Positions 1-10,489 of a stretch of DNA of 64,000 nt are shown in pieces. The stretch's first letter is position 1. Each line of letters opens with the position of its first letter. The notes beneath the pieces are model-generated. The model did no database searches and had not been told where the DNA came from. It worked only from the letters and a program-made list of their open reading frames with translations. The position numbers and the translations under genes are program-made. This DNA comes from Octopus bimaculoides (Eukaryota): the NCBI RefSeq assembly GCF_001194135.2, contig NC_068982.1, positions 128,169,394-128,233,393 on the forward strand, read 5' to 3'.

Positions 1-89
1 GATTCTCACAACTTTGCTATATTCAGTTTTGGTCCTTTGCATTTGAACATTATAATAGCTAAGTTATCAGTTAGGGTTGTGTTTTTTAG

Positions 90-215
90 GGAAATGTTCC
101 CGTTCTGGCTGCAGTCGTCTTCAGGCTTTGAATCCTCGGACTGGAATCTTACATGATCACTGCAGTCTTCATTGCTTGCATTTGGATCACCAGAAGAATA
201 ATAGCAAGCAACAAG
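90..215 (+). CDS. Unidentified gene: internal exon with C-x4-C-x12-H-x2-C-x3-C finger-like motif (not in ORF track)
   Basis: GTTTTTTAG| ... |GTTGGA (weaker donor); 126 nt, phase 1/1. GKCSRSGCSRLQALNPRTGILHDHCSLHCLHLDHQKNNSKQQ. Confidence 0.65.
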
Positions 216-2466
216 GTTGGATGATGATTTTTACACAGAATAGATAATAATTCTGATCTTCTCGTTCCGTCTTCTGAAAGTACTTTCACATTTGTGGATT
301 CTGATACATTCTACAACTCAGGCAGAAATTCCAAATTTCAATTTGTTATGTATAAAAATTTAGCAACATTTCATCTTATTTGTAGAATTTATTTTTAAAG
401 ATTAAAATGTATTAAAAAAAATTAGATTGAAACCTTGCAATGTATTCTTTTACTATCTAATTAAATTCTCCTATACTAATTAATTTATGGTTTATAATTT
501 CTGAAATTATTCCACATAGTTTATTGTTGTAGCCATCATTTTAATCCTGCAATATTCCCAGTTATTTTACTGTGTTCAATAGTATTGAGCTTGTCACATC
601 TGCTAAGTTTGATGTTGCATAAAATCAGACTCAATTACAATATAGATGAAATGAATATAACATAGTTTCTCTCAGACAGATGAAGAACTCAGGCACATTT
701 AATTTGTGTTGACATCTTTTGTATCTGAATTGAAAAATGATATTTCCTTGAATATTTATATATGATTAATATTATTTATTAATAAGTTTATAAAAGTGCA
801 TTTATTTCTGTTGGATCCCAAAGTATAAACATTAAACTAAAATGTTCTTAATAATTGTGAAAGGGTAATGTAATACTATAAAAGGAAGTTATTTATTAAT
901 CACTTCAGATATTCTGTACAATTTGGCCCTCAAGGGGTAGTTCAAAAAATACCAGTTAAGCCTTGCTAGATTCGAACTGTTAGATATACTTTATATATTA
1001 GTCACAAGCTGTGTTTACAGAAAGTCTTATTACATTTCTATCACTCTTGTCATGTACAGACAAGTTGGAAGATATTACTTACTTTTAGTTTACATAGTAA
1101 TATATTTTGTAATTTACTTTCTGAATTTTGAGCTATGGTAGAGAAAGAACATGGTAATTTAATAATCTAGTTTTGGACACTTGAGGAGATATTCAGTTAT
1201 TGCTTGCATGTGTTTGTTGATACAACCTTGCCAGTTTTATTTTGAAAAAAAATCAAAACAAAATGTCTTGTCAAAATACAAACACTCTTACAGAAATCTC
1301 ATTTCATGTTTCACTATCTCCAAGGACTTTGGTTCTACATCACTAACATCAAGCTATATTTTTCTTATAATTTATCACCTTTCTGGCTAATATACTAAAA
1401 TGTGTTTCCTCTGTGATTATTAAATTACTTTTTTAACGGTTTCTAGAGTATGCCTCATATGTAAATTCACAGTTTTCTGAAAGTCTTTGTAAAGTTACTT
1501 TGTTTAAAAAAAAAAGAACAAAAAACTAAAGAAAAGTCTATGGTCTCTTTTCACAAGACTTTTACAGAATATTTCCCAATATTTTCTCAACTTTTATCTC
1601 AATATTTCCTTCACTTTGAAGTGTCTTATTTACTTGTTGTTTCATGGAGGATCTATTTAAAGTTCATTTCTAGTTTTGAATTTTTGAAACAGCATAAAGT
1701 TTATTTTGGGAGTTCTGATTCTCATTGCTTGTTTTGTGCACATTGATCACACCAACTGCACAACATAGAGTTCTAGCTTGGTCCTTTACTGCACACCCAA
1801 GAAAGACATTTTAACTGTGTTGTTCATGTTTGACAGCCAATAGAAAGCCCTTGAAGAAGATACATGTTGCAAGTTATTGTAATTATTGAGAAAAAAAAAA
1901 TTAATTATTACTAAAATAACTGCTGTAAAAAAAAAAAAAAGAATATTTGCCAGTCTCCAATGAAGTCTTCTGAGCTATTTAAAGAATGGAACAAATTCTA
2001 TGGTGACTAAGAAAAAAAGACATGCAGAAAATAGTTTTATGGAAATTAAATATAGGAATTGATACTATAAAGTAGCTTTGATTTGCAATAATAATGAAGA
2101 AATATTTTACAGTTCTAAATAGAGACGAAAATAAAAGATGGTGAAAATAAGAAACATTTCATCAGTTGTACTGATAAAAGAAACAAGTTGCTTTTGTAAT
2201 TCAAAGAAAATGCAAATAATTTTAACACAAATATTCTAAATAACTTTATTGTAATTTTATTTTACCATATTCCAAAATAATAGCATTTATGTTCAAGTTA
2301 TATCAATGAAATTGTTTTGAATGATGCAATGGATTGAAGTAGTATTTAATGAAAAGAGAGAATAAATATTGATTAAAAAAAAAACTAAAGAAATAAAAGC
2401 AGGCTTTCAATATTGACAGTGAATTTCCAAATTCATTAACAGATGTTCAACAATTTTCTGTTGTAG

Positions 2467-2587
2467 ATGGCTTACCTGAAGTGTTCCTTGATGAACAGAT
2501 GGAACTGTTAAGAGCACTAGAAATGTCCAGATTGCAGTACATGAGAGAAACTGGACTTCTCAACATTCCACAAGCAAATTCTGAAAT
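2467..2587 (+). CDS. Unidentified gene: exon with UIM-like helix (not in ORF track)
   Basis: TTTTCTGTTGTAG| ... |GTATAC; 121 nt, phase 1/2. DGLPEVFLDEQMELLRALEMSRLQYMRETGLLNIPQANSE; acidic-x-L-x-x-A-L-x-M-S fits the UIM consensus. Confidence 0.78.
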
Positions 2588-3253
2588 GTATACTTTTTTC
2601 TTTGTTACTTAATATTAAAGAAAAAATAATAATTTCGTAATATTTATTTTTTGCTATCTGTAATCCATTTCTTCAATAGACATCCAATTGTCCTATCAAC
2701 TGAATAATCTACTTAGTGAGTTAGAATTCTTAGTGGCTGTGTTCCAGTAGCATAAATGGAAGCAGGACAGTCTGTCCCAGGCAAGATTTTTGGATCTGCT
2801 GTATAAGCCAAGCCTGTAAAGTATTATATTTTTTGTTGGGACTCAACTCAAGGGCTGCCCTGGCAGTACACACTTTAGCCATGCCACTGCTGTGTATTCC
2901 ACAAACACATCTTTAACATAATTCTCTAATAGAATTGGTGACATAAGTGTAACATGGTTGGCCCTTAAAATTACAGATTACAGCCTAACTGATGGGCTTC
3001 TATACAATGTCTGTCTACCCCAAATCTATTCATGGAGCTTGGGTAGAGCCAAAGCTATAGTAAATGTGCTTCTCCCAGATGTTACACATTGGTACTGAAC
3101 TCAGGACCACACAGTTGTGGAGCAAAGTTCATATCATTGTGGACAGTTAACTACCTAAAGTGATGTTGAATAATTCAGTACATCTAATGATGATCAGGAA
3201 TGGTCATTTGATCAACATAATGTAAATATTGACCTGTGTAATGTAAATATTAA

Positions 3254-3472
3254 CCCTTTAGCATTTAAACTAGCCATATCCGGCCCCAATATTCTACCTG
3301 CTTTATGTTCAAACTGGCCAGATTAGGCCTTTCTCACTTACTCTACAATATTACTTTAAAAATAAACAGTTGCATCATTAAAATCTCAAAGCTACAAGAC
3401 AATGCCTTATTAATTCAGAAGATGTGAATAAATAAGCATTAGACTTGACAGATATATCTGAATGCTAAAGGG
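3254..3472. mobile_element. piggyBac-type MITE family 1 (219 bp); decayed copies at about 29040-29255 and, inverted, about 48632-48858
   Basis: TTAA|CCCTTTAGCATT ... AATGCTAAAGGG|TTAA: perfect 12-bp TIR and TTAA target duplication. The other copies share the internal sequence (CAAACTGGCCAGAT, GCTACAAGA). Confidence 0.9.
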
Positions 3473-3664
3473 TTAAAGCATTTTTTTATAATCGCTAAAA
3501 GTAATATTCTTGAATTAAAAAAAATAGTAATTTTATTAATAACCCATTAAACAACATTGCTATATTAAATATGTAAATGACTGAGATAGTTCTGTGGCAC
3601 TGGAAATTAAATTATTTTAAATATTTCCAAGTAACTTGATTTCAGTTTTATTGTAATTTTCTAG

Positions 3665-3843
3665 TGATATCAACTCCTTAGATGCTCAAGATAATGGTTT
3701 CTCCACTGCTGCTCCTAATCCAGGCTTGAATGAATCTCATGATACCAATATGTCAGAACCATTAACTACTAATCAAACTGACCAAAATTCTACAACTGAA
3801 TTCAGCCACCAACTTCAGACCATGCTGTCCAATATTTTAAATG
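3665..3843 (+). CDS. Unidentified gene: low-complexity exon
   Basis: TAATTTTCTAG| ... |GTAATT; 179 nt, phase 2/1, matching both neighbours. IDINSLDAQDNGFSTAAPNPGLNESHDTNMSEPLTTNQTDQNSTTEFSHQLQTMLSNILN. Confidence 0.8.
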
Positions 3844-4209
3844 GTAATTTTTATTTTTTTATTTCTTTTTTAAATCTTTGCCATCTGATAAATAATTCTT
3901 TCAACTTAATAACTAATTTAGTTGAATTGTAGATCATAGTTGAAAGGCTTGACAATTTATTAGAGAGAAGATCCCCATGAAATACCCTCTTTTGATGATT
4001 ATATCATGTAATCTAATGAGTAAATTAATGTGCTAAAGAAAACGCCATTGACAACAAGGCTCTGAAATACCTCAAAGGAACAACATATAAAATGCCCTTT
4101 GCTTTTAGAATTAAGTATTTTATGTTATAAGGATGTTTATTTTTTACCATAAAAGATATCATTATTGTTAAAAAGTTTCAGAAATTATCTTCTTCTTCTT
4201 CTTCTTCTT

Positions 4210-5755
4210 CGGCAATGAGCCAGCAAAATCGTTAGGACATAGCACAAAATGCTCGGTAGCATTTTCCTCCAGCTCTGTAAGTTCCGAATTCAAATCTTAC
4301 CAAAGATGATTTTGTCTTTCAACCTCTCAGGGTCAGAAAACTATAGTACTAGTCAAGTACCGTGGTTAATGCCATGAGCTAGAATCCTCCCACTAAAACT
4401 GCTAGTCTTATATCAAAATTTGTAACCGTTGTTATTATTAAGGCACCAAGCCGGCAAAATCAATAACGCATCAGACAAAATGCTTAAAGGCATTTCTTTT
4501 GACTCTTTACATTCTGAGTTCAAATACTCCTAAGGCCAGCTTTGCCTTCAATCATTTCAAGGTCAATAAAATAAAGTACCAATCAAGTACTGTTATCAAG
4601 TTGTTTCCTCCCCTAAAAATTACTGGCCTTGTGTCTGAATTAGAAATTATTATTATTGAGGGGAAGGAATTAGTCAATACCCCTGACTCCAGCAGTTGAC
4701 TGGTAACTTTATTTTATCAACCTAGGAGGGATGAAAGGTAAATTTGACCTCAGCAGGATTTGAACCCCAAATGTAAAGAGCCAGAAGAAATTTTACAAAG
4801 CAGCATCAGAAAAAGTGCCTTGTGGTGTTTGCCTCAGTTCTTTACATTCTAGGTCAAAATCATATGAAAGTCAACTTTTCCCTTCAGCCTTCCAGGGTCA
4901 AATAAAAGAAAATACTAGTCAGGCACTGGGGTCAATGGTATCAACCCCTTCCCCACAAAATTGCTGCCCTTGTTCCAAATTTGTAGCCGCCTGCTGGCAA
5001 ATTTTTAGAAAAGGTGGTGAGCTGGCATAATCAGCATGTCAGACAAAACGCTTAGTGGCAGTTCATCCTTTCAGGGTCGATGAAATAAGTAGCAGTTAAA
5101 CACTGGGGCGGGGGGTGACGTAATCGACTTAAACCTTCCCCCAAAATTCCTGGTCTTGAGTCTAACCTTAGAACCATTCTTATTTTATGGTGGTGATTGG
5201 TGAGCTGGCAGAATTGTAGCATGCCAGGCAAAATTCTTCTGACTCTTTACATTCTGAATTCAGATTCTGCCGAGGTCACCTTTGCCTTTCATTCTTTTGA
5301 GTTTGATGTAATAAGTACCAACTGAACACTGGGGTCAATGTAATCAATTAGATCCCCTTCCCAGTACCTCCTGACTGGCCTTCGTGCCGGTGGCACGTAA
5401 AAAGCACCCAGTATACTCTCGGAGTGGTTGGCATTAGGAAGGGCATCCAGCTGTAGAAACCCTGCCAAATCAGATTGGAGCCAGGTGTAACCATCTGGTT
5501 CACCAGTCCTCAGTCAAATCGTCCAGCCCGTGCTAGCATGGAAAGCGGATATTAAATGACGATGATGATTATTAAGGTGGCAAGCTGGAAGAATTGTTAG
5601 CACATCAGACAAAGCACTTAGTGGCATTTCTTGAGTTCAAATCCTGCTGAAGTTAACTTTATCTTTCATGTTTTCGGGGTCAATGTAATTGACTATCCCA
5701 CTCCACCCCCACAATAATTGCTGGCCTTGTGCTAAAATTAGAATCATTATTATTA
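4210..5755 (+). repeat. Chain of about 7 diverged tRNA-derived SINEs (family B), one inverted, plus an RTE-tail copy at about 5375-5568
   Basis: Repeated head GGCGGYGAGCTGGCAGAATCGTTAGC..., core TTGCCTTTCATCCTTTCGGGGTCGATAAAATAAGTACC and (ATT)n tails. Unit starts near 4210, 4441, 4658 (minus), 4815, 5015, 5195 and 5575. Confidence 0.88.
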
Positions 5756-6215
5756 TTTTGCTATTATTTATCACTAAGCTCTTTTTTATAGTGTAGCTCT
5801 GAGCCTGCAGACCTATGAATAGTTACATTTCAACCTCAAGCATCTCATCTTTTCTCATACAGTCTATCTTGAACTACATTATCTAACAGGTTTTTTGTTT
5901 GAAAGACAATAGGGTGTGATTTGAAGGCAATATAGCTCTTATTTCTGGTGAGCCAAATGACCACGCAATGGAGCTCATTGACTTCATTCAATTTTGTCAA
6001 GTAAAACACAATTTGAATTGTCAGATTTTAACCTGCGAAAAGTCCCTCTATTACGACTCTAAAATGGGACTATTACATTTAAGTATCTCACTTTATGTAA
6101 CCTTTAGACATAGCCATTATGAGATAGCTATTTAAAGAATCCTAGGAAATGTTTAAATTTATTGACCTGATCAATCAACTCATCAGAAAGTTTTTAAAAT
6201 TTTCAATGTGTATTT

Positions 6216-8085
6216 CAATGACTGGTGTAGCAGCATCATAGTCAACTGCTACAAAGGTAAAGGTGACGCTTTAGATACAAATAATTACAGAGGCATCAAG
6301 CTGTTAGATCAGGTTATGAAAGTTACAGAGAGGGTCATAGCCCAACTAATTAGGGAGCGAATCAATTTAGATGAGATGCAGTTTGGGTTTGTGCCAGGTA
6401 AAAGCACTACTGATGCCTTATTTCTAGTGAGACAGCTGAAGGAGAAATACCTAGCTAAGGATAAACCTCTGTACCTGGCTTTCGTTGACATGGAGAAAGC
6501 CTTTGACAGGGTCCCCCGATCCCTTATCTGGTGGTCAATGAGGAAACTTGGGATAGAAGAATGGTTAGTGAGAGCTGTGCGAGCCATGTACAGAGATGCT
6601 GCCAGTAAGGTGAGGGTTGGAAATGAGTACAGCAATGAATTCTGNNNNNNNNNNNNNNNNNNNNNNNNNNNNNNNNNNNNNNNNNNNNNNNNNNNNNNNN
6701 NNNNNNNNNNNNNNNNNNNNNNNNNNNNNNNNNNNNNNNNNNNNNNNNNNNNNNNNNNNNNNNNNNNNNNNNNNNNNNNNNNNNNNNNNNNNNNNNNNNN
6801 NNNNNNNNNNNNNNNNNNNNNNNNNNNNNNNNNNNNNNNNNNNNNNNNNNNNNNNNNNNNNNNNNNNNNNNNNNNNNNNNNNNNNNNNNNNNNNNNNNNN
6901 NNNNNNNNNNNNNNNNNNNNNNNNNNNNNNNNNNNNNNNNNNNNNNNNNNNNNNNNNNNNNNNNNNNNNNNNNNNNNNNNNNNNNNNNNNNNNNNNNNNN
7001 NNNNNNNNNNNNNNNNNNNNNNNNNNNNNNNNNNNNNNNNNNNNNNNNNNNNNNNNNNNNNNNNNNNNNNNNNNNNNNNNNNNNNNNNNNNNNNNNNNNN
7101 NNNNNNNNNNNNNNNNNNNNNNNNNNNNNNNNNNNNNNNNNNNNNNNNNNNNNNNNNNNNNNNNNNNNNNNNNNNNNNNNNNNNNNNNNNNNNNNNNNNN
7201 NNNNNNNNNNNNNNNNNNNNNNNNNNNNNNNNNNNNNNNNNNNNNNNNNNNNNNNNNNNNNNNNNNNNNNNNNNNNNNNNNNNNNNNNNNNNNNNNNNNN
7301 NNNNNNNNNNNNNNNNNNNNNNNNNNNNNNNNNNNNNNNNNNNNNNNNNNNNNNNNNNNNNNNNNNNNNNNNNNNNNNNNNNNNNNNNNNNNNNNNNNNN
7401 NNNNNNNNNNNNNNNNNNNNNNNNNNNNNNNNNNNNNNNNNNNNNNNNNNNNNNNNNNNNNNNNNNNNNNNNNNNNNNNNNNNNNNNNNNNNNNNNNNNN
7501 NNNNNNNNNGTATGGACATGTGGTGAGAATGGATGAGGATAGCTGCGTGAAAAAGTGCCACACCCTAACAGTTGAGGGAACCCGTGGAAGAGGTAGGCCC
7601 AGGAAGACCTGGGCTGAGGTGGTGAGGCAAGACCTTCGAACATTGGGCCTCACCGAGGCGATGACTACTAACCGAGACCTTTGGAAATGTGCTGAGCGTG
7701 AGAAGACCCAGCAAGCCAAGTAAGATAGTTGCCAGTGCCCCTGGACTGGCACATGAGATGCACCATTTTGAGCGTGGCCGTTGCCAGTACCGCCTGACTG
7801 GCTCCCGTAGGATTTTCAAGCGAGATTGTTGCCAGTGCCCCTGGACTGGCTTGTGCGGGTGGCACATAAAAGACACCATTTCGAGCGTGGCCGTTTTCGT
7901 GCGGGTGACACGTAAAAGCACCCACTACACTCTCTGAGTGGTTGGCGTTAGGAAGGGCATCCAGCTGTAGAAACTCTGCCAAATTAGATTGGAGCCTGGT
8001 GTTGCCATCCGGTTTCACCAGTCTTCAGTCAAATCGTCCAACCCATGCTAGCATGGAAAGCGGACGTTAGACGATGATGATGATA
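6216..8085 (+). mobile_element. 5'-truncated RTE-clade LINE (RT, C-terminus, 3'UTR, (GAT)n tail), central part in gap
   Basis: Uninterrupted RT frame NNYRGIKLL...QFGFVPGKSTTDA...LAFVDMEKAFDRVP before the gap. After it: YGHVVRM...GRGRPRKTW...RDLW, stop at 7721-7723, modular 3'UTR and GATGATGAT tail. Lies in sense orientation in an intron of the plus gene. Confidence 0.95.
6645..7509. other. Assembly gap (N run); other gaps at about 22005-22040, 31601-31741, 35321-36299, 58428-58771, 61289-61298, 62884-63279
   Basis: Runs of N, mostly inside repeats or next to microsatellites. Confidence 1.
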
Positions 8086-8405
8086 TAAAAATAAAAACAT
8101 AAGTACTCTTTCTTCTTTCAAAATACAGACCATTACCACTTAAAAGTTAATTTTAGAAAGAGACCTCTTACTTAATTACTCCATGCAAATTCTTCACCTT
8201 TCCTGAATTTAAGGAATATATCTATGTGTAATTAATGATTTGGCTGATAATCTACAATACACATGCAAGTAATAGGTCGCTCTGTAAATCTGAGCAGTTA
8301 TATATCTGTGCTAGTAGAGGAAAACAAAAATGATTAAAATAGAGAAACTAAATTAAATTCAGCTTGTGTTGCTCATGAAAATTTCTTACGGTCTTATTCT
8401 TTCAG

Positions 8406-9313
8406 AAGCTGTAGAACAAATGCAGTCTAATTCCTCTGATGTGTGGGTTAAGAGAGATTTGTCCAAAACAGAAAATGTGGATCCTGCAACACCAGTAAAA
8501 AGTCCTAGCAGCAATGAGAACATCCTTTCAAGATCCTGTAATTCCAAAATGTCATTACAATCCGAAATTGCAACTGAAGAACTCGAGCAACTCGGAGCTT
8601 ATGCAGGAGCCCAAACAAAACCACTACCCGTATCACCCCCCTCCACTAACTCTTGTTTTGGTATTATAAAGGATTTATCAGTAACAAATATCCTTGCTAC
8701 AGATGAGGATAAGACCAATAGCTTTTTGAATAAAGACTTCAGTTTTGGCATGAAAAAAAATGAAATTAGCACCCAATTTCAAGATGCTTCAATCTCTCAG
8801 AGTCGTTCAAAATCTTTTGACAGTTCAACCGAGTTAAATCAGTCATTAGATATTTCAGCTAATAACTGTTTAAAAAAAGTTGAAATGACTGCTGACTGTA
8901 GTGATGGAGAGAATGAGAAGCCTACAGGTAAATCAAACTTTGTTGAGAAAGCCCAAAATACAGTAAAACATTTCGACACAGATTGTGTGTCTTTGTTAGA
9001 AATATCACAAAATTTATTACACATGACTGAGTCATTATTCGAAAATAGTGAGCAAGATATTGCAGTTGATTCATCCACAGAAGGTCCTAATGAAACCAAC
9101 ACATTTAAATCACCAGAAGCAAGTACCAGAGACTTAATTGTTAACGATCTAAACACAGTGAGGAATGGTAATGAAGATCAGGTGGATGAAGGTTATGGTA
9201 ACCAATGCACTGCTTCCTGTGATCCAGCAGTGAGCCAAGAGGTAACTACAAGACCAAATAACACTACCAAAGACCACAATGAGGAAAGCAATGGCCAATA
9301 TTTTTCTGTTTAA
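8406..9313 (+). CDS. Unidentified gene: terminal coding exon (about 302 aa, acidic S/T/N-rich, likely disordered)
   Basis: TATTCTTTCAG| phase 1. Part of the 8366-9313 ORF, the longest gap-free ORF in the window; ends ...EESNGQYFSV*. Confidence 0.85.
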
Positions 9314-9692
9314 TGTATTTCTTTGAGAAGGAAAAAAAAAAAAGAACAAAAAAAAAAAAACATGCCTAGCATTGAAATTGGTGAATGGGTTCTATAGAGT
9401 ATGGAAATTTAGAATGTAATGCTTTTGAAAATAATATTGCATGTGGCCTGCATTTCTTAATTTTGAAAAAAGGTTTTTAATGGTTGTAGAAGGCATTCAT
9501 GTCGGTAAACTTAAAAACATTTACCTCAATTGTGATTTTTGTATTGTTGATATTATATCAAAACTTGTTGTGTACAAACAAACCCTATATATATGTTTCA
9601 AATTTGATGAGAATCTAGACTGCAATATACCACCTATTTTGATACCAGCCTCTGTTTCTATGGTCATTCATATTTTTGCATTTTGGTGAAGA

Positions 9693-9698
9693 AATAAA
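9693..9698 (+). promoter_or_regulatory. Candidate polyadenylation signal for the plus-strand gene
   Basis: First AATAAA I saw downstream of the 9313 stop (about 380 nt). Positional evidence only. Confidence 0.3.
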
Positions 9699-10489
9699 AC
9701 TATCTCTCATTATTGCCAAGTTTTTCCCCCCCCAAGTCACTCATTTTCTCTGTTTACTCAAAAGTAATCAAAGTAAAAATACTCTTAACTTTGTTTTCTG
9801 TTGATCTGTTATTTCATCTTCTAATGCCAAAAGGTGATCAATTAACAATCTAATATTAGCATCATCATTATTCATGAACTGTAAGAGATTTACTCCCTTG
9901 GTATGGAGTATTCTGTCTTTATATCTTTATAAACTAGTACATTTCTTGACTCAATAGAATATCTTTCTCAAACACACCTTGTTCTCCTCCTTTATGTCAT
10001 CCATGTAATGCTATAAAATCTGAATTTAAGCACCAGTTCATAAGGGGGAAACAGACTACATTATTACATTGAAACTGTGTAGAAATAGACAACCATCGAG
10101 ATTAGCAGGAAGAAGGAATTATTGTTGAGAGAGTCAATGACACTTCAAATATTTGCAGATAGCAAGAAGAATAAAGATAGTTTTGATTTGAAGGATGAAG
10201 GTAAATGTTGTGTTATTAGAAATGGGATATATGTTCTGATATATTGTAAAGAACCAGAAATTTTAGTTTTATTAATGATAATTGACTAAATATTAGAAAA
10301 GAAGTGAAAGACATAAAACAAGTTGGGGATTGAAAAAAAATGGCATTATCACAGATCAAAGAGAATATTAGATCCAAGGTATTTCGTTTAGAATATAGGG
10401 AAGTTTAGCTAGAAAAATCACATCCTTCTGTAAAAGTTTTTTTTTTCTTTTAATCGGTTTGATCTAGAAGTAGTTGTGCCCATAGTCTG

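Noticed and set aside
909-936. Possible small plus-strand exon (CAG|ATATTC...AAGGG|GTAGTT) in the first intron of the unidentified gene
   Set aside because: Phase 1/2 would shift the frame of the UIM exon; no compensating exon found.
6309-8018. Many overlapping ORFs on both strands across the RTE copy (and likewise 58070-58915)
   Set aside because: Alternative-frame or antisense shadows of the GC-richer RTE sequence, or frames extended artificially through N runs.
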